DNA from: Candidatus Anammoxibacter sp.
GTDB lineage: Bacteria; Planctomycetota; Brocadiia; Brocadiales; Anammoxibacteraceae
Direction: 5' to 3'
DNA: 32,000 nucleotides
NCBI GenBank assembly: GCA_021777055.1
Contig: JAIQZO010000012.1
Span: 39,013 to 71,012, forward strand
Shown: piece by piece, positions 1-9,429 of the stretch
How positions within the stretch are numbered: the stretch's first letter is position 1
Layout: each line of letters opens with the position of its first letter
Notes under the pieces: model-generated
Databases searched by the model: none
Told to the model about the DNA's origin: nothing
The model's input: the letters and a program-made list of their open reading frames with translations, nothing else
Position numbers and translations under genes: made by a program

Positions 1-1
1 A

Positions 2-1348
2 GAACCACTGGAAAAAGATAAAGAAAAAGCATTGCACGGAGATGCCTTGCTTGCTAGCGGGGACAGCTTACAAAGAGCTGTAATGGGAGATGATGGCAGA
101 AAAGTTAAGAAAAAAGTCCTACCTAACGGGTTAACATTAATTGTTAACGAAAATAATGATTCAAGGGTATTTGCCGCCCATGTACTTTTTAAAGACCGTT
201 GTTTTCAGGAACCAGATAAAAAATCAGGAATAGCAGACTTTTTGCATAGAATAATAATAAGGGGCACCACTAACAAAAACGAACAAGAAATAGATAAAAT
301 AATAAATACCACCGGGTCACGGTTTACGTTATACGATGATCCATACATACCATATGATGACTATCGTTCATCACCACAATATTCATTTATCCGACTGGAA
401 ACAATAGATGACTTTTATGAAGAAAGTCTGGACCTACTTGCTGACATAGTACAAAATCCTACATTTGAGCAGGGAAAAATAGAGCTGGTGAGAAAGACAA
501 TGTTAGGCATTATTAATGATGAGGATAACCGTGTCTCAAAGACAGCAAGGAACCTGTTTTACAAAAACCTGTTTCCAGGTTTAAGCCTATCAAAAAGGTA
601 TACAGGTTCTATAGAAACGGTGTCCTCAATCACGAGAGATGACTTGGTTAATTTTCACAAAAGATATTTCTCTCCTAACAATATGGTTATTAACATTGTC
701 AGCAGTGTACCCAACGATGTTATTATTAAAAAGATTGAACAGCTATTTAGTGGGCTCGTCATGAATAGTGAGCTTAAAAAGCCAGGTCAAATGAAACCGC
801 AACAGATTTCAGGGATAGAAGAAATTAATGTTAAGAAAAACAAGGAGCAGTCTTATGTTTACTTGGGCTACCCCATTGCAGATATTGAAGAAAAAGACGA
901 AGCCCCTCTGGTTATATTAAATTCAATCTTATCAAATGCTATTGCATTTAAGCTTCGCGAAGAACAAGGATTGGCCTATTCTATAGGTTGTTCAATCCCA
1001 ATTGTAGATAACATGGGATGGTTTGTCTGCAATATGGGAACAAGAAAGATAAACATTGAAACCGCGAGAAAAGGAATTGTTGAAATGATAACCGAATACA
1101 AAAGCCGGGAATACGCAGAAAAAGAGGTGGAAAAGGCTATTAATAAACAGCGGGGCAGGATGATGATGCGCAGGCTTCCAAGGATAAACCAGGCGTACTA
1201 TGCGGCTATTTACGAATTTTATAAAGACGATTACAGTTATGATCATAAATTCATTGACGCACTGGTAAATGTTACCCCCGAAGATGTTAAAAGGGTCGCA
1301 GAGAAATATTTACAGACTAAAGATCATTTATATGTTGTTGTTGAGTAA
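2..1348 (+). CDS. M16 (pitrilysin/insulinase) family peptidase-like protein, 5'-truncated by the window edge; non-catalytic-type unit
   Basis: The frame is open from base 2, and the listed ORF 32..1348 merely begins at an internal TTG. LPNGLTLIV... marks the start of an M16 N-domain and is followed by an M16_C-like region. The HxxEH zinc motif position reads DFLHR (GIADFLHRIIIRGT), so the zinc ligands are absent. Confidence 0.85.
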   Translation, partial: EPLEKDKEKALHGDALLASGDSLQRAVMGDDGRKVKKKVLPNGLTLIVNENNDSRVFAAHVLFKDRCFQEPDKKSGIADFLHRIIIRGTTNKNEQEIDKIINTTGSRFTLYDDPYIPYDDYRSSPQYSFIRLETIDDFYEESLDLLADIVQNPTFEQGKIELVRKTMLGIINDEDNRVSKTARNLFYKNLFPGLSLSKRYTGSIETVSSITRDDLVNFHKRYFSPNNMVINIVSSVPNDVIIKKIEQLFSGLVMNSELKKPGQMKPQQISGIEEINVKKNKEQSYVYLGYPIADIEEKDEAPLVILNSILSNAIAFKLREEQGLAYSIGCSIPIVDNMGWFVCNMGTRKINIETARKGIVEMITEYKSREYAEKEVEKAINKQRGRMMMRRLPRINQAYYAAIYEFYKDDYSYDHKFIDALVNVTPEDVKRVAEKYLQTKDHLYVVVE

Positions 1349-1373
1349 TTACCGATCAATATTCTGGATATGA

Positions 1374-1493
1374 CATAATGCGGCGAAGCCGCAAGCCGCA
1401 ACCAGAATACAGGAGCCAGGAGACAGAATCCAGAATAAAGCATAGATTTGTGTTTGTTTTACAACAAAAGATTTTATAAAGTAATACTATAAA
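1374..1493. repeat. Modular intergenic repeat, copy A (short form)
   Basis: CATAATGCGGCGAAGCCGC with hairpin GCGGC-GAA-GCCGC (1380-1392), a CAGAAT-rich tract, CATAGATTTGT, then AAAAGATTTTATAAAGTAATACTATAAAT. Alignable by eye to the copies at 20858, 23568 and 30618. Confidence 0.6.
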
Positions 1494-1495
1494 TT

Positions 1496-1519
1496 GTATC
1501 TCCATAATTATGGAGATAC
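1496..1519 (+). other. Perfect palindromic hairpin (possible terminator of the M16 gene or an operator)
   Basis: GTATCTCCAT-AATT-ATGGAGATAC has 10-bp perfect arms and a 4-nt loop, followed by GATTTATT. It lies about 130 nt upstream of cysK. Confidence 0.5.
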
Positions 1520-1562
1520 GATTTATTAACGTTGCTTACTTCGTATTATGTAAATGCACAAT

Positions 1563-1592
1563 ACAGAATTACAGAATTACAGAATTACAGAG
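1563..1592. repeat. Tandem octamer repeat (ACAGAATT x3 plus partial ACAGAG)
   Basis: Read directly: ACAGAATT at 1563-1570, 1571-1578 and 1579-1586, then ACAGAG. The unit resembles the CAGAAT tract of the repeat family. Confidence 0.85.
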
Positions 1593-1648
1593 TAATCATT
1601 TATCATTTCTAATTCTTTATCTTTCTTCTATTTAATCATGGAGGCATA

Positions 1649-2581
1649 ATGGCAATTTACAACAACATTCTTGAAACCATCGGAAACACTCCGATTGTGC
1701 GTATTAACAAACTCGGCAGCAACGAAGGAGCGGATATCTATGCAAAGCTTGAGATGTTTAATCCCGCTGGCAGCGTTAAGGATCGTATAGGATTGGCAAT
1801 GATAGAAGCGGCTGAACGTGAGGGCAAACTGAAACCTGGTGATACAATAGTAGAGCCTACATCAGGAAACACAGGTATCGCACTGGCAATGGTTGCTACG
1901 GTAAAAGGGTATAAGGCGGTTTTTACAATGCCAGAAACCATGAGCGTTGAGAGAAGGGCGCTTTTAAGGTATTTTGGTGCTGAAATAGTACTCACAGAGG
2001 GACCGAAGGGAATGAAAGGCGCCGTGGAAAAAGCTGAAGAGCTTGCAAATACAAAAGGCTATTTCCAGCCACAGCAGTTTAATAATGAAGCAAATCTACA
2101 GGTTCACCGTGAAACAACCGGCCCTGAAATAGTAAAGGATTTTGCAGATAAAGATCTCAACTATTTTATCGTGGGAGTGGGAACTGGCGGAACAGTTAGC
2201 GGAGCGGGGGAAGTGCTAAAGAAGCACTTTAAAGATATAAAAAATATAGCGGTAGAGCCAGTAGAGTCTCCTGTCTTGTCCGGAGGAAATCCTGGCCCCC
2301 ACAAAATCCAGGGTATTGGCGCAGGTTTCGTCCCTGGTATATATAATAAAGGCGTTGTTGATAACGTCCGACAGGTATCAGGTGCAGAGGCATTTGAGAC
2401 CGCAAGGAGATTGGCAAAGGAAGAGGGGATATTCTGTGGAATTTCGTCAGGAGCGAATATGCATGTAGCTCTTCAGGTAGCAAAAGAAGCGGGGCAAGGA
2501 AAAACCGTACTGGTTGTCTTGCCAGATACAGGTGAAAGATATATATCTACAGACTTGTTTAAGATTGCAGAGAAAGATTAA
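1649..2581 (+). CDS. cysK: Cysteine synthase A (O-acetylserine sulfhydrylase), PLP-dependent
   Basis: 310 aa. Contains [12 protein letters not shown], the PLP-lysine motif [19 protein letters not shown] and GVGTGGT. A GGAGG Shine-Dalgarno lies 6 nt upstream of the ATG. Confidence 0.95.
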   Translation: MAIYNNILETIGNTPIVRINKLGSNEGADIYAKLEMFNPAGSVKDRIGLAMIEAAEREGKLKPGDTIVEPTSGNTGIALAMVATVKGYKAVFTMPETMSVERRALLRYFGAEIVLTEGPKGMKGAVEKAEELANTKGYFQPQQFNNEANLQVHRETTGPEIVKDFADKDLNYFIVGVGTGGTVSGAGEVLKKHFKDIKNIAVEPVESPVLSGGNPGPHKIQGIGAGFVPGIYNKGVVDNVRQVSGAEAFETARRLAKEEGIFCGISSGANMHVALQVAKEAGQGKTVLVVLPDTGERYISTDLFKIAEKD

Positions 2582-2606
2582 AATCAATTAAAAGGTATAG
2601 TGTATT

Positions 2607-2662
2607 ATTACCATCCAGTTGCGGTAGAAAATATACAACTGGATGGTAATAGTTTTTTTATT
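2607..2662 (+). terminator. Rho-independent terminator after cysK
   Basis: Perfect 15-bp stem ATTACCATCCAGTTG / CAACTGGATGGTAAT (2607-2621 / 2636-2650), a 14-nt loop, then AGTTTTTTTATT. Confidence 0.7.
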
Positions 2663-2698
2663 ATTCTCATAAACCATTTGTTTAAGATATTCTAAAAA

Positions 2699-3664
2699 GT
2701 GAATAACAACAACAAAGATAAATCGGATTTATCACGATTAAATAAAGTCACCACTGCCATAGGAGATTCGTATGCCAGCCTTGGCGGAATTAACCACCTG
2801 GAAGGACCGAATCTTCCTTCCAAAAAAGAGGTGGCATTATTAGTAAAGTCGTTGTCTTCACTTCTGTTTCCGGGATTTTATGAAGAAGGGGACAGTAACC
2901 GTAGTCACCTTAATGCCTATATCCTGGCACACTGCACCCATGTACTTGAATCGGTGACAAACCTTGCGCATAAAAGTCTGAAACATGATTGTAAGGAAGG
3001 ATTTAAATGTGTACGTTCCGAAGGAGATTGCTGGAGTGACGCATCTGAGATTGCTTACAAATTACTTGAAGAGATACCTGTTATTCGAGAAGTGCTTTGC
3101 AAAGATATTGAGGCCGCCTATAACGGTGATCCGGCCGCATCAAATTTCTTTGAAATAGTACTTAGCTATCCTACGGTTCAGGCAATAATGGTTTACCGAC
3201 TTGCCCATGTATTATCAGAACACAAAGTCCCGTTTATACCACGTATGATGAGTGAGTATATCCATGAAAAGACCGGAGTAGACATCCATCCCGGGGCATC
3301 AATAGGTCCTAGTTTCTTTATTGACCATGGGACAGGGGTTGTAATTGGGAGTACGGCAGTAATAGGAAGCAATGTAAAGCTCTATCAACATGTTACCTTG
3401 GGAGCACTCAGTCTTTCTAACGTAAACCGTATCAGAAAAGATGGAAAGAAAAGGCATCCTACGGTTGAAGACAACGTGACCATATACTCAGGCGCAACAA
3501 TCCTTGGAGGAGACACGGTTATTGGACAAGGGGCAACAATAGGTGGAAACGTATGGTTGACACGTTCAGTTCCTCCAAATACAGCAGTGACATTTGATTC
3601 CCCTTATCTAATCTTTAGGAGTAAGGAAAAAGTGGAAAAACATGTCATAGATTACCAAATTTAG
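2699..3664 (+). CDS. cysE: Serine O-acetyltransferase (long form), left-handed beta-helix hexapeptide protein
   Basis: 321 aa with a GTG start. Has the SAT N-domain pattern DPAASNFFEIVLSYPTVQAIMVYRLAH, then hexapeptide repeats FFIDHGTGVVIGSTAVIGSNVKLYQHVTLGA. Adjacent to cysK. Confidence 0.9.
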   Translation: MNNNNKDKSDLSRLNKVTTAIGDSYASLGGINHLEGPNLPSKKEVALLVKSLSSLLFPGFYEEGDSNRSHLNAYILAHCTHVLESVTNLAHKSLKHDCKEGFKCVRSEGDCWSDASEIAYKLLEEIPVIREVLCKDIEAAYNGDPAASNFFEIVLSYPTVQAIMVYRLAHVLSEHKVPFIPRMMSEYIHEKTGVDIHPGASIGPSFFIDHGTGVVIGSTAVIGSNVKLYQHVTLGALSLSNVNRIRKDGKKRHPTVEDNVTIYSGATILGGDTVIGQGATIGGNVWLTRSVPPNTAVTFDSPYLIFRSKEKVEKHVIDYQI

Positions 3665-3681
3665 GCCCACATTTTTTACGT

Positions 3682-4791
3682 ATGAACACGCATTCTTTTA
3701 AGTTAGACAACACTATGGCAAAAAGAAATATCCTAGTAACCGGAGGTTCAGGTTTTATTGGTACAAATTTTATAAGACACGCCTTAAAAATCAGACCTGA
3801 TTGGGAGATCCTAAACTTAGATGCGTTGACTTACGCTGGAAATCCTTTAAATTTTGATGACTTAAACGAGGATAATAGAAGAAACTATAAATTTGCAAAA
3901 GGAAATATTAAAGATTCCCAGAAGTTAAATGAAATCTTCTCACAGACCAACTTCCACGGTGTTATAAATTTTGCAGCAGAATCCCATGTAGACAGATCCA
4001 TTGCTAAACCAGATGAATTTATAGAAACTAATGTCACTGGTACATTCAGGTTACTGGAAGCCAGCCGCAAGTTCTGCAAATCAACTCGGGACTTCCGGTT
4101 TATTCATATCTCTACAGATGAAGTGTTTGGCAGTCTTGGAAGTGAAGGGTACTTTACAGAAACAACTCCGTATAACCCATCAAGTCCATATTCCGCATCA
4201 AAAGCCTCTTCCGATCATTTAGCAAAGGCATATTTTTGCACATATGACTTCCCGGCAATTATCACAAACTGCTCAAATAATTATGGCCCATACCAGTTTC
4301 CGGAGAAGTTGATTCCGCTAATGATCATGAATATTATTGAGGATAAACCTCTTCCAGTTTACGGCAATGGCAAGAATATCCGTGATTGGTTATACGTAAT
4401 TGATCATTGTGAAGCTATAATTAAGGTATTTGAGGAAGGAACACCTGGCGAGACATACAATGTTGGCGGCAATGCGGAGAAGCAAAACATAGACATTGTT
4501 CATCTTCTGTGCAAACTGCTTGATGAACGTTTACAACGTACAGGAAAGGAAACTAGCTGCAATCTTATAGAATTTGTTACCGACAGGCCTGGCCATGACA
4601 AACGATACGCTATTGATTCGAAAAAGATCCGGGAAAAATTGGGATGGAAACCCAGGTTTGACTTTATGGAAGGTATGAAGTTAACCATAGACTGGTACCT
4701 GGATAACATGAAATGGGTGGAATCCGTCAGATCAGGTACCTACCGTGAATGGATTGACACAAACTACAAAGATCGAGGCAAAAGTTTATAA
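3682..4791 (+). CDS. rfbB: dTDP-glucose 4,6-dehydratase (SDR family)
   Basis: Contains ILVTGGSGFIGTNF (NAD Rossmann), TDEVFG, the catalytic PYSASKASSDHL (YxxxK) and NCSNNYGPYQFPEKLIP. The true start is probably the ATG at 3715 (MAKRNILVTGG). No rmlA/C/D is nearby. Confidence 0.92.
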   Translation: MNTHSFKLDNTMAKRNILVTGGSGFIGTNFIRHALKIRPDWEILNLDALTYAGNPLNFDDLNEDNRRNYKFAKGNIKDSQKLNEIFSQTNFHGVINFAAESHVDRSIAKPDEFIETNVTGTFRLLEASRKFCKSTRDFRFIHISTDEVFGSLGSEGYFTETTPYNPSSPYSASKASSDHLAKAYFCTYDFPAIITNCSNNYGPYQFPEKLIPLMIMNIIEDKPLPVYGNGKNIRDWLYVIDHCEAIIKVFEEGTPGETYNVGGNAEKQNIDIVHLLCKLLDERLQRTGKETSCNLIEFVTDRPGHDKRYAIDSKKIREKLGWKPRFDFMEGMKLTIDWYLDNMKWVESVRSGTYREWIDTNYKDRGKSL

Positions 4792-7700
4792 TTGTTTACA
4801 GCTAAACACCTCTTCTGTCGCAGTAATAGAGTCGGCCGCTGGCAATGCAGAATCACGAATATTTTTCAAGGCTTTACTATAGTCCAACGGTATAACCTTT
4901 ACAAATTTCCCAACCATCTCTTCCCATGAGTTAAGTATATACTGTGCATGTTTGCTCTTTGTCCACTTATAATGACGTAGAATTAGTTTATAAAGTGTCT
5001 CCTGATCTTCATCTCTCCAGACCGTTTCAAGTTCAACAAGATCAAGGTTACAGCGTGTATCAAACAGCTGCATAGAGTCCAACACATATGCAACACCTCC
5101 GGTCATACCCGCAGCAAAATTGTAACCTGCATGTCCGATAACGACGACAACACCACCTGACATATATTCACATCCGTGATCCCCTATGCCTTCAACAACA
5201 GCAGTTGCACCACAATTTCGTACTGCAAACCTTTCACCGCAGACTCCGTTAATAAATACCTCTCCGCTGGTAGCTCCATAGAGCAAGGTGTTTCCCGCAA
5301 TAATATTTTCATGGGCTAGAAATGGAGCTTCTTCAGGGATTTGAACAATAATGCGCCCCCCGGATAGACCTTTTCCAAGGAAATCGTTCGCTTCCCCCAG
5401 AAGGTGGAGCGTTATTCCAGGAGCAAGGAATGCACCAAAACTTTGCCCTGCAGAACCTTTAAAAGTAACTTCCACTGATTCATCTGCAAGCCCTTTAGGA
5501 CCATATTTCTTGACAATATGGCTACTGAGAATTGTCCCTATTGCACGATCAGTATTACGAATGGGAAGCTCAAAGGATGCCTTCTCATTTCTCTCTATTA
5601 AAGGCATTATATTTTTCAGAATATGCCAATCTAAATGATCGTTAATCTTATCCGGCTGAAAACATGTCTGTTTTAACTGAGCCTTATCTTCAACAAAAGG
5701 TTGATAAAATATGGGGGAGAGATCCAGGTTCCTTGCCTTTGGGTGTTCAATATCTTCACGCTTCCTTAAATAGTCAACCCTACCAACCATTTCATCAAAA
5801 GTTCTAAACCCCAGTTCAGCCATTATCTGGCGGACTTCATTTGCCACAAAAAGCATAAACCTCTCTATATATTCAGGTCTTCCGTCAAACTTCTTCCTAA
5901 GCTCAGGATCCTGTGTACCTATTCCAAATGTACATGCCCCTTCATGACATTTACGTAACAATGCACATCCTAGTGCTACAAGAGCGGCAGTACCAAAACC
6001 AAAGCGTTCAGCTCCTAACAGCGCAGCAATAACAACATCACGTCCGGTCATAATACCACCGTCAACCTGAAGCCTTACCCTATTACGAAGTCCGTTCATG
6101 AGCAGTACCTGTTGAGCCTCTGCCAGGCCAAGCTCCCATGGGCTACCAGCATGTTTGAGTGACGAGAGTGGGCTTGCTCCGGTACCACCGCTATGCCCGC
6201 TAATGAGTATCTCATCGGCATTAGCTTTGGCAACCCCTGCGGCAATTGTCCCTATACCAAAGTCAGAGACCAACTTTACGGAGACTTTTGCTTCCCGGTT
6301 GACACACTTTAAATCATAAATAAGTTGCGACAAATCCTCTATGGAGTATATGTCGTGATGAGGTGCCGGGGAGATAAGCGTTACACCCGGAATAGAGTAT
6401 CTGAGTTTTGCAATCTCTTCTGTCGCTTTATGCCCGGGCAGCTGGCCACCTTCACCCGGCTTTGCACCCTGGGCCATCTTTATCTGTAACTCTCTGGCAT
6501 GTATCAAATAATCAATAGTAACGCCAAATCTTCCGCTTGCAACCTGTTTAATCGCACTGTTTTTCATCTTCCCGTTTTCATCGCTAGAAGAATACCTTGC
6601 AGGATCTTCCCCTCCTTCACCAGAATTACTCATACCACCTAAACGATTCATTGCAATTGCAATAGATTCATGAGTCTCTTTACTAATGGATCCATAGCTC
6701 ATTGCCCCCGTGCAAAATCTTTTTACAACCTCCTCTTCTGCTTCTACCTCGTTTATATCTATAGAGTTGTTTTTAGAGAATTCAAATAAACCTCGCAGGG
6801 TATATAACCTTTTTGTCTGATCGTTAACTGCGTTTGCATAATCGGCGTATATCGTTTTATCGTTACCGGTCACAGCCTCTCTTAAAAGAGAAATTGTTGT
6901 GGGGTTCCAAAGGTGTAGTTCGCCTTTATTTTTAAAACGGTATTCACCTCCTATATCCAGTTCAACACTCTCTTTATCCTTACAAGCAAATGCCAAATTG
7001 TGTCTTTCTACTGTCTCTTTTGCAATGTCATCTAGGCCAATACCATTAATGCGCGAGCCTGCAACAGGAAAGTACCGTTCAACAAAGTGCCGTTTCAGCC
7101 CGATGGCTTCAAATAGTTTAGCACTTTTATAACTCCTTAACGTTGATATTCCCATTTTACTCATAGTTTTAAGCATACCTTTTTTTATAGCAGTAATGTA
7201 ATTATCTCCTACCTGCATAAGTTCCATATCTTCAGGCAGATGATTTTGCTGTTTTAGCATGAAAAGTGTCTCAAACGCTAGGTATGGATGGACAGCATTG
7301 GCACCGTACCCACACAAAAGACAAAAGTGCATAACCTCTCTAGGCTCCCCACTTTCAACAACAATACCCACTTCTCCCCGAAGTAACTTATTAACCAGAC
7401 CTCTATCAACTGCTGCGGTTGCAAGCAATGAGGGGATGGCTATTTTATTTTCAGAAATCTTACGATCACTTAAAATAATGAGAGAGGCTCCATCTTTTAT
7501 CGCCTCTTCTGCATTATTAACAAGGGTATTAAGAGCGTTCTGCATATCAAATCCGGGGTCATCTTTTCTCGTAACTTCAAATAAAGTAGAGATTGTTGCT
7601 ACTTTAAAATCCTTCCGGTTTACTGTACGGAGCCTTTCTACATCATCATGGGTAAGTATGGGATGCGGAAGTTTAAGCTGTTTGATGTGTTCAGCAGATT

Positions 7701-9357
7701 CAGTCAATAGGTTACGTTTTTTACCGGCAAACATGGTAAGGCTCATCACAACACCTTCGCGAATCGGATCAATTGGGGGATTCGTAACCTGGGCAAAGCG
7801 CTGTCTAAAATAGTTAAATAGAAGTTTAGACCTTTTGGAAAGTACGGCAATGGGGGTATCGTCACCCATGGAACCTATGGGCTCTTGTCCATTAACGGCC
7901 ATAGGAGTAAGGATTGTTTTTACATCCTCTTGGGTATATCCAAATGCCTTCATCTTCTGTCTAGCCTGGCGGTGATCTTCCTGATGAATAGTAGGGGAAT
8001 CAAATAACCCCATAAGTTCTATCTTTCCACTTTCAAGCCATCTTCTGTATGGACTCTGGCGTGCAATCTTACTCTTTATCTCATTGTCGTTAATGATCCT
8101 CTTTTCAACCGTATTGATCAGGATAATATTTCCAGGTCCAAGACTGCCTTTTTTTCTTACCTTATCTGCAGGTATGTCAACTACTCCGGCTTCACTTGCA
8201 ATAACCACGATATTGTCCGTTGTAACTGTATACCGACATGGACGCAAGCCGTTACGGTCAAGAATTGCCCCCAGAAGCCTGCCGTCTGTAAATGCAACTG
8301 CCGCGGGTCCGTCCCATGGTTCCATAATGGCAGAATGATATTCGTAAAATGCCCTTTTGTCTCTACTCATATGATATTTTGATCCGAATGCTTCAGGCAT
8401 CATCATCATCGCTGCATGTGGCATGCTTCGTCCGGACCGCACAAGTAACTCCATTACACTGTCAAAACAACCTGAATCGCTCATGTCAGAATAGAGAACC
8501 GGAATTACATCATCAATATGCTTCCCAAACCGCTCACTGTGCATAGTTGTCTCTCGTGCCTGCATATAGCTCTTATTGCCACTAATTGTATTCATCCCTC
8601 CATTATGTGCAATATTTCTAAAAGGCTGGGCAAGCTGCCAGTTTGGAAATGTATTCGTGCTATAACGCTGATGGACAATTGCAAGGGCGGATTTAACTCG
8701 TTTATCTTCAAGATCTGGGTAATAAGCAAATAGCTGATATGCTAGAAACATGCCTTTATAACAAATGGTTCTACACGAAAGAGAGGTAACATAAAATTCA
8801 TCACCGGCATTACCAAACCTTATTTTCACCTCCCTTTCCGCACGTTTACGGGCCAGGTATAAATTGAGTTCAAAATCATCTTCACAAAGGCCATTAGATG
8901 AAACAAAGACTTGTCGAATTGACGGTTCTGCGGTCAAGGCAACCTTTCCAAGGCAATTGGCATTTACAGGTACTTCACGCCAGCCAAGTACTTCCATTTT
9001 ATAATAACGCAGGGCCTCTTCCAGAATATAATCACAACCAACCCTGATATTGTCATCCTTTGAGCCAAACACCATTCCAACGCCATATTTGTATAGCTCA
9101 GGCAAATGGAAGTTTAGTTTTTCTGTTTCATCTATAAAGAACTGATGGGGAATCTGAAAAAGAATTCCGGCACCGTCACCGGTATCTTCATCAGCACCCG
9201 CGGCACCACGGTGCTCAAGATTAAGGATAATGTTTTTCGCGTACTCGATAATAGAATGATCACGATCCCCGTTAATATTTACAACAGCCCCGAGACCACA
9301 TCCATCATGCTCTGTTGCAGGGTCATACAGCCCACGGCTTTCTGATTTATATGACAT
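4786..9357 (-). CDS. gltB: Glutamate synthase large subunit (GOGAT alpha / Fd-GOGAT-like)
   Basis: 1523 aa. N-terminal Ntn amidotransferase Cys (HDGCGLGAVV), central and FMN/Fe-S domains, and a C-terminal GXGXG beta-helix domain. A GAAAGGA Shine-Dalgarno lies 6 nt before the ATG. Confidence 0.95.
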   Translation of the reverse strand: MSYKSESRGLYDPATEHDGCGLGAVVNINGDRDHSIIEYAKNIILNLEHRGAAGADEDTGDGAGILFQIPHQFFIDETEKLNFHLPELYKYGVGMVFGSKDDNIRVGCDYILEEALRYYKMEVLGWREVPVNANCLGKVALTAEPSIRQVFVSSNGLCEDDFELNLYLARKRAEREVKIRFGNAGDEFYVTSLSCRTICYKGMFLAYQLFAYYPDLEDKRVKSALAIVHQRYSTNTFPNWQLAQPFRNIAHNGGMNTISGNKSYMQARETTMHSERFGKHIDDVIPVLYSDMSDSGCFDSVMELLVRSGRSMPHAAMMMMPEAFGSKYHMSRDKRAFYEYHSAIMEPWDGPAAVAFTDGRLLGAILDRNGLRPCRYTVTTDNIVVIASEAGVVDIPADKVRKKGSLGPGNIILINTVEKRIINDNEIKSKIARQSPYRRWLESGKIELMGLFDSPTIHQEDHRQARQKMKAFGYTQEDVKTILTPMAVNGQEPIGSMGDDTPIAVLSKRSKLLFNYFRQRFAQVTNPPIDPIREGVVMSLTMFAGKKRNLLTESAEHIKQLKLPHPILTHDDVERLRTVNRKDFKVATISTLFEVTRKDDPGFDMQNALNTLVNNAEEAIKDGASLIILSDRKISENKIAIPSLLATAAVDRGLVNKLLRGEVGIVVESGEPREVMHFCLLCGYGANAVHPYLAFETLFMLKQQNHLPEDMELMQVGDNYITAIKKGMLKTMSKMGISTLRSYKSAKLFEAIGLKRHFVERYFPVAGSRINGIGLDDIAKETVERHNLAFACKDKESVELDIGGEYRFKNKGELHLWNPTTISLLREAVTGNDKTIYADYANAVNDQTKRLYTLRGLFEFSKNNSIDINEVEAEEEVVKRFCTGAMSYGSISKETHESIAIAMNRLGGMSNSGEGGEDPARYSSSDENGKMKNSAIKQVASGRFGVTIDYLIHARELQIKMAQGAKPGEGGQLPGHKATEEIAKLRYSIPGVTLISPAPHHDIYSIEDLSQLIYDLKCVNREAKVSVKLVSDFGIGTIAAGVAKANADEILISGHSGGTGASPLSSLKHAGSPWELGLAEAQQVLLMNGLRNRVRLQVDGGIMTGRDVVIAALLGAERFGFGTAALVALGCALLRKCHEGACTFGIGTQDPELRKKFDGRPEYIERFMLFVANEVRQIMAELGFRTFDEMVGRVDYLRKREDIEHPKARNLDLSPIFYQPFVEDKAQLKQTCFQPDKINDHLDWHILKNIMPLIERNEKASFELPIRNTDRAIGTILSSHIVKKYGPKGLADESVEVTFKGSAGQSFGAFLAPGITLHLLGEANDFLGKGLSGGRIIVQIPEEAPFLAHENIIAGNTLLYGATSGEVFINGVCGERFAVRNCGATAVVEGIGDHGCEYMSGGVVVVIGHAGYNFAAGMTGGVAYVLDSMQLFDTRCNLDLVELETVWRDEDQETLYKLILRHYKWTKSKHAQYILNSWEEMVGKFVKVIPLDYSKALKNIRDSALPAADSITATEEVFSCKQL

Positions 9358-9429
9358 AAATATCCTTTCGTGTAACTTTCAAACTAATCGATTTTAATCA
9401 AACATATTGAGCACTACCATTACTATTCT

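Noticed and set aside
5351-9345. Multiple plus-strand ORFs of 65-184 aa (for example 7259-7813)
   Set aside because: All lie antisense within gltB, whose 1523-aa frame has domain motifs throughout.
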